DNA from: Paracoccaceae bacterium
GTDB lineage: Bacteria > Pseudomonadota > Alphaproteobacteria > Rhodobacterales > Rhodobacteraceae
Length of the DNA stretch: 45,432 nt
Direction of reading: 5' to 3'
Assembly: GCA_037968375.1 (NCBI GenBank)
Contig: JBBKVJ010000142.1
Location: forward strand, 1-45,432
This document shows positions 19,680-28,574 of the stretch, piece by piece. The notes beneath the pieces were generated by a model. That model was not told the DNA's origin. It searched no databases and worked only from the letters and a program-made list of their open reading frames with translations. Position 1 is the stretch's first letter; each line of letters starts with the position of its first letter. The translations under genes were made by a program, and so were the position numbers.

Positions 19680-20972
19680 CTAAACCACCACGTCCATCGC
19701 CCGCTGTGCGCCGACACCGAAAACCCGCTTGTAGCGCGTAATTTCATCCTCGGTCCCCATCGCCTTCAGCGGATTATCCGACAGCTTCACCGTCGGCCGC
19801 CCGTTCGCCGCCACCGCCTTGCAGACCAGGCTGAACGGCGCCAGCGCGTCACCCGGCACCAGCCCCCGGAAATCGTTGGTCAGCAAGGTGCCCCAACCGA
19901 AGCTGACCTTCACCCGTCCGGCAAACCGCGCCTGCAGTTCCGCGATCTTCTCGACGTCCAGCCCGTCGGAGAAGATCACCAGCTTGTCGCGCGGGTTCTC
20001 GCCGCGAGATGTCCACCACGCAATCGCGGCCTCGGCCCCAGCATCCGGATCGCCGCTGTCGATCCGGATGCCGGTCCAGGCGGCCAGCCAGTCGGGCGCA
20101 TTGGCCAGAAAACCCGCAGTGCCATAGGTGTCGGGCAGCATGATCCGCAGGTTACCGTCATGTTCCTCGTGCCAGTCGGCCAGCACCCGGTAGGGCGCCT
20201 CGGCCAGTTCGGCATCGGTTTCCGCCAGCGCGGAATAGACCATTGGCAGTTCATGCGCGTTGGTGCCGATCGCCTCAACCTCGCGGTGCATCGCGATCAG
20301 GCAGTTCGAGGTGCCGACGAACTTGTCGCCCAAGCCTTCCAGCATCGCCTGCACGCACCAGTCCTGCCAGAGGAACGAATGCCGCCGCCGGGTGCCGAAA
20401 TCGGCCAGCCGCAGCCCGTCAATGCCGCGCAGATGCTCGACCTTTTCCCACAGCTTGGTCATCGCGCGGGCGTATAGAACCTGCAGCTCGAACTTGCCCA
20501 TCTGGCGCAGGACGGTGCGCGAGCGCAGCTCCATTAGCACCGCCAGGGCCGGGATTTCCCACATCATCACCTCGGGCCACTTGCCCTCGAAGGTCAGCTC
20601 GTATTGCCCGTCGCGGCGTTCCAGATGGTAGGGTGGCAGGCGCAGCGCCTCGAACCATTCCATGAAATCCGGGGTGAACATCTGACGCTTGCCGTAAAAC
20701 GTGTTGCCGCGCAGCCAGGTGCTTTCACCACGCGACAGGCCAAGCGTCCGGATATGGTCAAGCTGCTCGCGCAACTCGCCCTCGTCGACCAGGTCGGCCA
20801 GACGGATCGATTTGGTCCGGTTGATCAGGCTGAAGGTCACCGTGGTGTCGCGCTTGTTGCGGAACACCGACTGCGCCATCAACAGCTTGTAGAAATCGGT
20901 GTCGATCAGTGACCGGACGATCGGGTCGATCTTCCATTTGTGGTTGTAGACGCGCGTCGCGATATCGACCAT
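19680..20972 (-). CDS. pncB: Nicotinate phosphoribosyltransferase
   Basis: 430 aa. It carries [17 protein letters not shown] and GTSN motifs characteristic of PncB. Confidence 0.93.
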   Translation of the reverse strand: MVDIATRVYNHKWKIDPIVRSLIDTDFYKLLMAQSVFRNKRDTTVTFSLINRTKSIRLADLVDEGELREQLDHIRTLGLSRGESTWLRGNTFYGKRQMFTPDFMEWFEALRLPPYHLERRDGQYELTFEGKWPEVMMWEIPALAVLMELRSRTVLRQMGKFELQVLYARAMTKLWEKVEHLRGIDGLRLADFGTRRRHSFLWQDWCVQAMLEGLGDKFVGTSNCLIAMHREVEAIGTNAHELPMVYSALAETDAELAEAPYRVLADWHEEHDGNLRIMLPDTYGTAGFLANAPDWLAAWTGIRIDSGDPDAGAEAAIAWWTSRGENPRDKLVIFSDGLDVEKIAELQARFAGRVKVSFGWGTLLTNDFRGLVPGDALAPFSLVCKAVAANGRPTVKLSDNPLKAMGTEDEITRYKRVFGVGAQRAMDVVV

Positions 20973-21022
20973 CGGCTTTCCCCTGTTCTGCCTCGCCTCT
21001 TACGCGAAGCAGGCGGGGTGGG

Positions 21023-23428
21023 TCAAAGCCGGATCGGCGGCTTGCGTGGTTTCGGAGCGCGCACGGCAGAGGTTTGGCGGCGCCCGGTGACGACATCGCC
21101 GATCATCGAGGCGGCGGGGGCGGTGCCCTGTTCGGCGGCGACTGCGGCGGCGGCGCGCAGAATCTCGCCGATCAGCGTCGCCTTCTGCACCGGTTTGGTG
21201 GCAAAGCCGTCAAAGCCTGCGGCGACACAGGCGCGGCGGTCTTCCTCAAAGCTGTTGGCGGTCAGCGCGATGATCGGGCATCTTGGCCCGGCCCGGCGAC
21301 GTTCGATCTCGCGGATCGCGCGAAGCGCCTCAAAGCCGTTCATCCCCGGCATTGACAGATCCATCAGCACGATGTCGGGCGTCGCTTCCAGAAATGCGGC
21401 GACTGCGGCAGAGCCGTCGACGGCGACGACCACCTCGAAACCTTCCGGCCGCAGCATCCGCTCGACGATCAGGACGTTGGTGCGATTGTCCTCGGCCAGC
21501 AGGATCACCGGCATCGGCCCATCGGATCCGGTCTGGGCGACGGCGGCCTTTTGCGCCAGAACGGGCGTGAGGGCCGCAGGTGCCGCAGTTTCCGCAGCGG
21601 CCGCGTCGAGTGTCGTGCGCAGCGAAAAGACCGAGCCTGCGCCGTCCTGCGAGGTGACCTCAAGATCGCCACCCATCTCTTGTGCCAGACGCCGTGAGAT
21701 GGTCAGGCCAAGTCCGGTGCCACCGAATTTGCGGCCGATGCCTTCGCCCGCTTGCGTGAAGCTGTCGAAGATCGCGTCGATCCGGTCGGCGGGAATGCCG
21801 ATGCCGGTGTCGGCCACCGACAACCTGATCTCTTCGCGTGACGCGGTACCCCTGCCGATACGGCGACTGAGCAGCGAGATTGTCACTGACCCGGCCTCGG
21901 TGAACTTGATCGCATTGCCGACCAGGTTCAGCGCGATCTGCCGCAGCCGCCCGTCATCGGCCATCACCATCGGTCCGCCGGCCACAGGCAGGCGCAGGTT
22001 CAGCCCGATCCCCTTGGCGCGCGCCGCCGGACGCAGCAATTCGACCGCGCCCGTCACACAGGCGGACAGATCCACCCGCTCGCGCGCAAAGACCACCGCG
22101 CCCGCCTGCAGGCGGGACAGGTCGAGAATGTCGTTGATGATCGCCAACAGCGCCTTGCCGGACTGCACGATGGTATCGACGTATAGTTCCTGATCGCTGT
22201 CGAGCGAGGTGTCGGCCAACAGTTCCGCCGTGCCGATCACGCCGTTCATCGGGGTCCGGATCTCGTGGCTCATCGTGGCCAGGAACCGTGTCTTGGTCTG
22301 TGCTGCCTCTTCGGCGCGGGCGCGGGCCTCGGCCAGTTCCGCCTGATGCGCCTTGGCCTCGGTGATGTCACGCTCAACCGCGATCATGATGGCAGGCGTA
22401 CCCGGCGAGGCCGGGATCGGTGTCAGGCTCGCTTCGATCCACAACGGATCACCGGATTTGGTATGGGTTTTCAACTCGCCCCGGTACTCGCGCATGTCGC
22501 GCCGTGCCGCGATCAGTGCCTTGGTGCCCTCGGGGTCGATCTGATCGTCCGGGATGACATCCTCGATACGCCGGCCAACAATCTCGGACGCCGAAAATCC
22601 GGTGATCCGGCAGAAGGTTTCGTTGACCCAGTCGACCATTCCGGTTTCGGTATAGATGATGACGCCATCGTTCGCATGCCGCGCCACCAGTGCCAGACGC
22701 CAGGCCTCGGCATTCTTTTCGTCCAGCGCCTGGCGGGCCAGCGCCAGGCGTCCGTTCTCTTCCAGGATATGCCATTGATCGGCCAGCCTCAGGTCATGTG
22801 TCCGCACTGTGAACCGGATGTAGTTCACGGTGACGAAGGCCAGCGTCAGGCTGGCGACAAGGTCGTAGCCGTGGCTGCCGGAAAGCCAGTCGGCAATCGG
22901 ATAGAGCGTGAAGGTCTGAACCTGCAAAGCGGCAAAGCCGACACAATAGATCGTCAGCTTTGCCAGTGCTATTGTGCGTTCGGCGCGAATCGAGACACCG
23001 GCGTCCATTGCCGCTCCGGCCAGAAACACCGCTGCCAGAAATTCGCTTTCGCCATCGTCGCCCAGAACCCAGACCACAGCGACAGCCGCAATCGTCGCCA
23101 GCGCGTGAACGATTCCGACCAGCCGGGCCAGGCGACGGGCGCGCAAAAGATCGACATCGGGCAGGTCGATCCGCGCGACAATGCGGCGCAGCACGATCAC
23201 TTCGAGGGATTCGCCGATCAGCAACAGCATGACGGCGTAAAGCCCTAAGAGGGGCTCGTGCAGGAATCCAAATGTCGCGGATCCAGCAATGCCGACGGCG
23301 ACGCGCACCCGGATCTGATTGAGACGACCGCGGCAGTAGCGCAAGAACAGGCCTTCGGCCGAATTGCGCTGGTGAAAACGGTCCATCGCGTCGCCGGCCA
23401 GCTGATCCTCAATTGCCGTCACTGCCAT
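21023..23428 (-). CDS. Hybrid sensor histidine kinase/response regulator (membrane domain, PAS, HisKA, HATPase_c, REC)
   Basis: 801 aa. The N-terminus is polytopic, followed by a PAS region. The H-box is FLATMSHEIRTPMNGVIG, the N and G boxes are NLVGNAIKFT and GTGLGLTI, and the C-terminal receiver reads ILLAEDN...VLMDLSMPGMNG...ALTAN. Confidence 0.9.
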   Translation of the reverse strand: MAVTAIEDQLAGDAMDRFHQRNSAEGLFLRYCRGRLNQIRVRVAVGIAGSATFGFLHEPLLGLYAVMLLLIGESLEVIVLRRIVARIDLPDVDLLRARRLARLVGIVHALATIAAVAVVWVLGDDGESEFLAAVFLAGAAMDAGVSIRAERTIALAKLTIYCVGFAALQVQTFTLYPIADWLSGSHGYDLVASLTLAFVTVNYIRFTVRTHDLRLADQWHILEENGRLALARQALDEKNAEAWRLALVARHANDGVIIYTETGMVDWVNETFCRITGFSASEIVGRRIEDVIPDDQIDPEGTKALIAARRDMREYRGELKTHTKSGDPLWIEASLTPIPASPGTPAIMIAVERDITEAKAHQAELAEARARAEEAAQTKTRFLATMSHEIRTPMNGVIGTAELLADTSLDSDQELYVDTIVQSGKALLAIINDILDLSRLQAGAVVFARERVDLSACVTGAVELLRPAARAKGIGLNLRLPVAGGPMVMADDGRLRQIALNLVGNAIKFTEAGSVTISLLSRRIGRGTASREEIRLSVADTGIGIPADRIDAIFDSFTQAGEGIGRKFGGTGLGLTISRRLAQEMGGDLEVTSQDGAGSVFSLRTTLDAAAAETAAPAALTPVLAQKAAVAQTGSDGPMPVILLAEDNRTNVLIVERMLRPEGFEVVVAVDGSAAVAAFLEATPDIVLMDLSMPGMNGFEALRAIREIERRRAGPRCPIIALTANSFEEDRRACVAAGFDGFATKPVQKATLIGEILRAAAAVAAEQGTAPAASMIGDVVTGRRQTSAVRAPKPRKPPIRL

Positions 23429-23515
23429 CCGCTTTACGCTCTGCCCGTCCGCGCCCCGTCGAGGCCATCCGAAAACTGGCTAACGAAAAAGCGTTAACGG
23501 TAGGTCAAAACCGGT

Positions 23516-24124
23516 CTAGCCGATCAGCCGGACCCCGGATTTCTTCATCTCGGCACGTGCCTGGACCAGTGAGCCGTCAAGGTCGATCGCCCGGCAAAGT
23601 GCCTCATCCACCGTCACATCAAAGCCCAGTCGCGCCGCATCCAGCGCCGAGTAGTTCACGCAAAAATCGGTGGCCAGCCCGACCAACGTCAGCGTGGTGA
23701 CACCGCGCGAGCGCAGATATCCCTCCAGCCCGGTCGGCGTTGTCCGGTCATTCTCGAAGAATGCCGAATAGCTGTCGATCGCGGGCCGGAACCCCTTGCG
23801 GATAATCATGTCGGCCCGGTCGGTTTCAAGTGCGGCATGGAACAGCGCGCCGTCGCTGCCCTGCACGCAATGCACCGGCCACAGAACCTGCGGGCCATAG
23901 GGCATCTGGATCACCTCGAACGGCGCCGCGCCCGGATGCATGGTGGCGAAAGAGAGGTGGTTGGCCGGGTGCCAGTCCTGGGTCAGGATCCGCACCCTGA
24001 ACTCGCCCAACGCCGCGTTGATCCCGGCGACGATCCTGTCGCCCTCGGCCACGGCCAGCGCGCCACCGGGGCAGAAATCATTCTGCACGTCGATCACGAT
24101 CAGGGCTTCGGTCTTGTCGCGCAT
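23516..24124 (-). CDS. pncA: Nicotinamidase/pyrazinamidase (isochorismatase fold)
   Basis: 202 aa. It has IVIDVQNDFCPGGALAV, the catalytic Cys context ATDFCV, and an AAGGAGG Shine-Dalgarno upstream. Confidence 0.9.
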   Translation of the reverse strand: MRDKTEALIVIDVQNDFCPGGALAVAEGDRIVAGINAALGEFRVRILTQDWHPANHLSFATMHPGAAPFEVIQMPYGPQVLWPVHCVQGSDGALFHAALETDRADMIIRKGFRPAIDSYSAFFENDRTTPTGLEGYLRSRGVTTLTLVGLATDFCVNYSALDAARLGFDVTVDEALCRAIDLDGSLVQARAEMKKSGVRLIG

Positions 24125-24195
24125 CGGGGCCTCCTTGGGTCAGCACCCAGATTTGCGCGTCTCATCGGTCGGGGTCAACCAGGCGGACACCTTAT

Positions 24196-24210
24196 TGCGA
24201 ATAATTCGCA
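24196..24210. promoter_or_regulatory. Candidate metalloregulator operator 1: perfect palindrome TGCGAAT-A-ATTCGCA
   Basis: 7-1-7 perfect inverted repeat in the pncA/metal-ABC divergent region. It ends 6 nt upstream of a TTGACT -35-like hexamer (24217-24222). Confidence 0.55.
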
Positions 24211-24225
24211 TTAGCATTGACTTTC

Positions 24226-24240
24226 CGCGAACGGTTCGCA
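24226..24240. promoter_or_regulatory. Candidate metalloregulator operator 2: CGCGAAC-G-GTTCGCA (core GCGAAC-G-GTTCGC palindrome)
   Basis: Related to operator 1, with centres 30 bp apart. It lies in the spacer between the TTGACT (24217-24222) and a weak -10-like TATCTG (24241-24246). Confidence 0.5.
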
Positions 24241-24288
24241 TATCTGACCAAGGCAGAACACACGCTGCCGCAACCAACGGGATATAAT

Positions 24289-25257
24289 GTGACCCTGACC
24301 AGAAGGTCCTTGCTTACCAGCGGTGCCGCCACCGCGATCACCGGCGCGATTGCCCGCCCCGGCTGGGCCGCGGAGCCGCTGAAGATCGTCGCGACCACCG
24401 GCATGATCGCCGACGCCACCGCCCGCATCGCGGGTGATCTGGCCGAGGTGCGCGGCCTGATGGGCCCTGGCGTCGATCCGCACGCGTACCGCCAGACCCG
24501 CACCGACATCGCCGCGATGGTTCGCGCCGATTTGGTTTTGTGGCACGGGCTGTATCTTGAGGCGCAGATGGAGGAGTTCTTTGCCGATCTGGCCGGGCGC
24601 ACCACCGTTGTTCCGGTGGCCGAGGTTCTGCCGCGTGAGGTCCTGATCGGCCACGCCCAATACGACGGCCGCTACGATCCGCACGTCTGGATGGCGCCGC
24701 CGCTTTGGGCAAAGGTGATGCCCGGGGTCCGCGACGCGCTTGCCGCCACGCGCCCCGGGGATGCCGCCACCTTTGCCGCCAATACCGATGCCTATCTCGC
24801 CGACATTTTCCGCCTTTCGAGCTATGCCGAATCGGTTCTGGGCACCGTGCCGCCCGAGGCGCGCGTGCTGCTGACCGCGCATGATGCGTTTGGCTATTTC
24901 GGCCGCGCCTACGGGTTCGAGGTGATCGGCATTCAGGGCATCTCGACCGAAAGCGAGGCCGGGCTGAACCGAATCGGCGAACTGGTCGAGATGATCGTCG
25001 CCCGGCAGATCAAGGCGGTGTTCGTCGAAAGTTCGGTCTCGGATCGCAACATCCGGGCGCTAATCGAAGGCGCCGCGGCGCGCGATCACAAGGTCCGGAT
25101 CGGCGGCGAGCTGTTCTCGGACGCGATGGGTGCGCCCGGCACCTACGAGGGCACGTATCTGGGCATGATCGACCACAACATCACCACCATCACCGCCGCC
25201 CTTGGCGGCACCGTTCCGGCACGTGGAATGGACGGAAAACTGTCGGCGGGTTTCTAG
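24289..25257 (+). CDS. Metal ABC transporter substrate-binding protein (cluster A-I, TroA/ZnuA/MntC-like; Mn/Zn/Fe specificity unresolved)
   Basis: The GTG at 24289 gives VTLTRRSLLTSGAATAITGAIARPGWA, a twin-arginine-type signal. Candidate metal ligands are DPHAY, DPHVW, AHDAFGYF and ESSVSD (a His-His-His-Asp pattern). The track start (TTG 24217) coincides with the -35-like hexamer, so I disfavour it. Confidence 0.85.
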   Translation: MTLTRRSLLTSGAATAITGAIARPGWAAEPLKIVATTGMIADATARIAGDLAEVRGLMGPGVDPHAYRQTRTDIAAMVRADLVLWHGLYLEAQMEEFFADLAGRTTVVPVAEVLPREVLIGHAQYDGRYDPHVWMAPPLWAKVMPGVRDALAATRPGDAATFAANTDAYLADIFRLSSYAESVLGTVPPEARVLLTAHDAFGYFGRAYGFEVIGIQGISTESEAGLNRIGELVEMIVARQIKAVFVESSVSDRNIRALIEGAAARDHKVRIGGELFSDAMGAPGTYEGTYLGMIDHNITTITAALGGTVPARGMDGKLSAGF

Positions 25258-26061
25258 ATGGACACGCTGGGACTGGCCGCTTTACAAAGCGAGACGCTGA
25301 CGGAAAACCTGGCGGAAAGCCCGCTGGCGATCCGGGGCCTGACGGTATCCTACGGCCAGAAACCGGCGGTGTTCTCGGTCGACATGACGGTCGAAGACCA
25401 CTCGATGACCGCGATCATCGGCCCGAACGGTGCCGGGAAATCGACCCTGCTCAAGGCTGCGCTGGGCATCATTCCACGCCTGTCGGGCACCGCCACCGTC
25501 TATGGCCAACCTGTTGCCGAGGCGCTGGCGCGGGTCGCCTATGTCCCGCAACGTGCCAGCGTCGACTGGGATTTCCCGACCCGGGTGATCGACGTCGTGC
25601 TGATGGGCCTGTCGCGCGAACTGGGCCTGTTGCAGCCGGTCCGCGCCCGCCACCGCGCCCGCGCCGAGGATTGCCTGGCCCGAGTTGGCATGGAGGCCTT
25701 CGCCACCCGGCAGATCGGCCAGCTGTCCGGTGGCCAGCAGCAGCGCGTCTTTCTGGCCCGGGCGTTGGCACAGGGGGCTGACCTTTACCTGCTGGACGAA
25801 CCCTTCGCGGGCGTCGATGCCGCCACCGAAAAGGCGGTGATCGGTGTTCTGAAGTCGCTCCGCAAGGAAGGTCGCACAGTCGTCGCCGTGCACCACGACC
25901 TCTCGACCGTGCGTGACTATTTCACCCACGCGCTTCTCCTCAACATTCACAAGGTGGCCGAGGGTCCGGTGGACAGCGCGTTCACGGCCGAGCATCTGCA
26001 GGCGGCATATGGCGGACGGCTGGCCACCGCGCAGATCAACCAGTTGGACCTGCGCGCGTAA
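25258..26061 (+). CDS. Metal ABC transporter ATP-binding protein
   Basis: 267 aa. Walker A is GPNGAGKST, the signature is LSGGQQQRV, and Walker B is LYLLDEPF. The ATG follows directly after the SBP stop. Confidence 0.92.
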   Translation: MDTLGLAALQSETLTENLAESPLAIRGLTVSYGQKPAVFSVDMTVEDHSMTAIIGPNGAGKSTLLKAALGIIPRLSGTATVYGQPVAEALARVAYVPQRASVDWDFPTRVIDVVLMGLSRELGLLQPVRARHRARAEDCLARVGMEAFATRQIGQLSGGQQQRVFLARALAQGADLYLLDEPFAGVDAATEKAVIGVLKSLRKEGRTVVAVHHDLSTVRDYFTHALLLNIHKVAEGPVDSAFTAEHLQAAYGGRLATAQINQLDLRA

Positions 26062-26180
26062 TGATCTGTACGCATGACGCCCTTCGGCAACTGGCGGACA
26101 CACCGCGTGGGCGCGCAGATCGGCACTGCCAATCTTTGCGCGCCGCAAGGTCGTGCATGGGGGCCGGGCGAACCATCACC

Positions 26181-26213
26181 GGTCCCGGCTTTGGCATCGC
26201 CAAAGCCGGGACC
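26181..26213 (+). other. Intra-operon stem-loop (perfect 15-bp stem, 3-nt loop)
   Basis: GGTCCCGGCTTTGGC-ATC-GCCAAAGCCGGGACC lies inside the 169-nt gap between the ATPase and first permease genes. No U-tract follows it. Confidence 0.8.
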
Positions 26214-26230
26214 GCGGGCGGTCCGCGCTG

Positions 26231-27436
26231 ATGCTGTTCGACGCGCTGACCCTGCAGCTTGGCTATAACGCCACCCTCGTCGCCATCGGCGCCGCCCTTC
26301 TGGGCATCGCCGCAGGCGCCACCGGCACGTTTCTGTTCCTGCGCAAACGCGCGCTGGTCTCGGATGCGATAAGCCACGCCACGCTGCCCGGCGTCGGCCT
26401 GGCCTTCATCGTGATGGTGGCACTGGGCGGTGACGGGCGCAGCCTGCTTGGCCTGATGATCGGCTCTGCCACCTCCGCCGCACTCGGCCTTCTCGCCGTG
26501 CACTGGATCTCGACCCGCACGCGGCTGGCCGAAGATGCCGCCATCGGCGCGGTGTTGTCGGTGTTCTTCGGGGCGGGCATCGTGCTGCTGACGGTGATCC
26601 AGACGATGGAAACCGGGCGGCAAGCTGGCCTTGAAAGTTTCCTCCTGGGCGCCACCGCAGGCATGCTGTTCTCCGACGCCGTGACCATCGCGGTGGGTGG
26701 AGCGATCACGCTGGCCCTTGTCATCCTGCTGCGCCGCCCGATGACGCTGGCCGCGTTTGACCCGACCTTCGCCGCGACGACGGGGATGAACCTGCGCGCC
26801 ATCGATCTTGCCACGATGGGACTGGCCCTTGCCGTCACCATCATCGGGCTGAAGATCGTCGGCCTGATCCTGATCGTCGCCCTTTTGATCATTCCCGCCG
26901 TCACCGCGCGGTTCTGGACCGACCAGAGCGACCGGATGGTCGTGCTGGCGGGCGTCTTCGGCGGCCTTGCAGGCTATATAGGTGCGGCGATTTCGGCCTC
27001 GGCCCCGGCGCTGCCCACCGGCCCGATCATCGTGCTGGTGGCGACGGCGCTCTTCGCCACATCGTTGTTCCTTGCCCCCGACCGGGGGCTGTTGGCGGCA
27101 CTGGTCCGGCACCTGCGTTACCGCCGCCTGGTGCATATCCGGCAGGGCCTTTTGGCGCTGGCGCAGGGCCTGCCGATCTATGAACGCTACAGCCTGCACC
27201 TCCTGGTCAAGGCCGGTCTCGCTCGCCGCGATGGCGTCGCCACACCCGAAGGCCGCGCTGAGGCTGCAAAGGCACTGCGCGACGAGGCGCGTTGGGCCGC
27301 TGCCCGTCAGGGCCAATCCTTCGAGGCCGCCGCCGCGCTATACGACGGTCTGCGCCCGCTGGAATCGGTGCTGACACCGGACGAGCTTGCCGGTATCGAT
27401 GCCCGCCTTGGCCCGCCAAAGGGAGTGCCCGGCTGA
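26231..27436 (+). CDS. Metal ABC transporter permease (ABC-3 family) with a C-terminal cytoplasmic extension of about 115 aa
   Basis: The ATG at 26231 gives MLFDALTLQLGYNATLVAIGA..., an ABC-3-type polytopic core. After ...LFLAPDRGLL the protein continues for about 115 aa of hydrophilic, helix-rich sequence (LVRHLRYRRLVHIRQGLLALAQ...LVKAGLARRDGVATPEGRAEAAKALRDEARW...). Confidence 0.85.
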   Translation: MLFDALTLQLGYNATLVAIGAALLGIAAGATGTFLFLRKRALVSDAISHATLPGVGLAFIVMVALGGDGRSLLGLMIGSATSAALGLLAVHWISTRTRLAEDAAIGAVLSVFFGAGIVLLTVIQTMETGRQAGLESFLLGATAGMLFSDAVTIAVGGAITLALVILLRRPMTLAAFDPTFAATTGMNLRAIDLATMGLALAVTIIGLKIVGLILIVALLIIPAVTARFWTDQSDRMVVLAGVFGGLAGYIGAAISASAPALPTGPIIVLVATALFATSLFLAPDRGLLAALVRHLRYRRLVHIRQGLLALAQGLPIYERYSLHLLVKAGLARRDGVATPEGRAEAAKALRDEARWAAARQGQSFEAAAALYDGLRPLESVLTPDELAGIDARLGPPKGVPG

Positions 27437-28353
27437 TGGGCGAGGAATTCGTCATCCTGTCGCTGGTGCCACTGCTGATCGGCATTCTTGCCGCCAGTGC
27501 TTGCGCGCTGCCTGGCAACTTTCTGATCCTGCGGCGTCAGGCGCTGATCGGCGATGCAATCAGTCATGTCGTCCTGCCCGGTATCGTCGCCGCGTTTCTG
27601 GTAACCGGCGCGACCTCGGCGATGCCGATGCTGATCGGCGCCGCCCTTGCCGCCCTTGCCGCGGTCATCCTGATCGAGGCGGTCACAAGGCTGGGCAAGA
27701 TCGAACCGGGTGCGGCGATGGGCGTCGTCTTTACCGCGATGTTTGCGGGCGGCGTGCTGCTTTTGGAGATGTCCGACACCTCCGCCGTTCACCTTGACGT
27801 GGAACACGCGCTGTACGGCAACCTTGAAAGCCTGATCTGGATCGAGGCCACCGGCTGGGCCTCGCTGACCGACCCCGCCGCTTTGGCGGGCCTGCCGCCC
27901 GAACTGGGCCGGATCGCACTGTCCGCCCTCTTCGTCAGCCTGTTCACCTTCATCCTCTGGCGCCCGCTGGCCCTTGCCACCTTCGACGAAGGCTTCGCCC
28001 GCACCCAGGGCGTGCCCACCGCCGCCCTCGGCCTGGCGCTGGTGATGGTCGCCGCCGTTGCCGCCGTTGCTGCCTTTGATGCGGTCGGCTCGATCATCGT
28101 CATCGCGATGTTCATCTGCCCGCCCGCCGCCGCAAGGCTGATGACCGACCGCCTCGGCCATCAGATCGCCTGGTCGGTCGGTTTCGCAACGCTGTCGGCG
28201 GTGCTGGGCTATGTCCTTGCGGGTTACGGCCCGCTTTGGCTTGGCGCCGACGATGCGGTCAGCGCGGCGGGCATGATCGCCACCGTCTCGGGCGCGATCC
28301 TTGGCGTGGCCTGCCTAGCGGGGCCAAGACGGCGCGGAGTTTCCGCCGCCTGA
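27436..28353 (+). CDS. Metal ABC transporter permease (ABC-3 family), second subunit
   Basis: The ATG at 27436 overlaps the upstream TGA by 1 nt (TGATG). It is a 305-aa polytopic protein with ILRRQALIGDAISHVVLPG. Confidence 0.9.
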   Translation: MGEEFVILSLVPLLIGILAASACALPGNFLILRRQALIGDAISHVVLPGIVAAFLVTGATSAMPMLIGAALAALAAVILIEAVTRLGKIEPGAAMGVVFTAMFAGGVLLLEMSDTSAVHLDVEHALYGNLESLIWIEATGWASLTDPAALAGLPPELGRIALSALFVSLFTFILWRPLALATFDEGFARTQGVPTAALGLALVMVAAVAAVAAFDAVGSIIVIAMFICPPAAARLMTDRLGHQIAWSVGFATLSAVLGYVLAGYGPLWLGADDAVSAAGMIATVSGAILGVACLAGPRRRGVSAA

Positions 28354-28496
28354 ACGGCCTACATCTCGCCCGGAACAGCCGCTCTTGCGGCCCGGGCAGC
28401 GGATGACCGCCCCGTCACGCCGGAGGCGTGCCTGCGGCACGACGGTCAGCCGCTACGTTACCACCTGCGCGACGAACAAAGTTAGGAGATACTCGA

Positions 28497-28564
28497 CCAT
28501 AAAGCGGCGACCATTGGCGTCGCAAGCGGCGGCCCGCGGTCAGCCTCTGCCCTGCATTGTGCCC
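28497..28564. repeat. Intergenic repeat element, copy B (partner at 19604-19670)
   Basis: CCATAAAGCGGCGACCATTGGCGTCGCAAGCGGCGGCCCGCGGTCAGCCTCTGCCCTGCATTGTGCCC ends 10 nt from the glycerate kinase stop codon. Confidence 0.75.
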
Positions 28565-28574
28565 GGTTCGCCAC

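Noticed and set aside
23475-23500. CTAACGAAAAAGCGTTAAC as a CtrA box (TTAA-N7-TTAAC), and its resemblance to GTTAACGAAAAA at 40958-40970
   Set aside because: The half-site spacing is 10 nt rather than 7, and one half-site is CTAA. The second occurrence is simply the A-tract of the rpsT terminator. The match is short and AT-biased, so it is likely chance.
24217-24288. TTG at 24217 as the start of the metal-binding protein (track ORF 24217..25257), and TATAAT at 24283-24288 as a -10 box
   Set aside because: The TTG is part of a TTGACT -35-like hexamer flanked by the operators, and the encoded MTFRERFAYLTKAEH... precedes the twin-arginine signal. The TATAAT abuts the preferred GTG start at 24289, so it cannot serve that gene as a -10.
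26153-26230. Upstream extension of the first permease (track start 26153)
   Set aside because: The extension encodes an Arg/His-rich peptide across the 15-bp-stem hairpin. The ABC-3-type N-terminus begins at the ATG at 26231.
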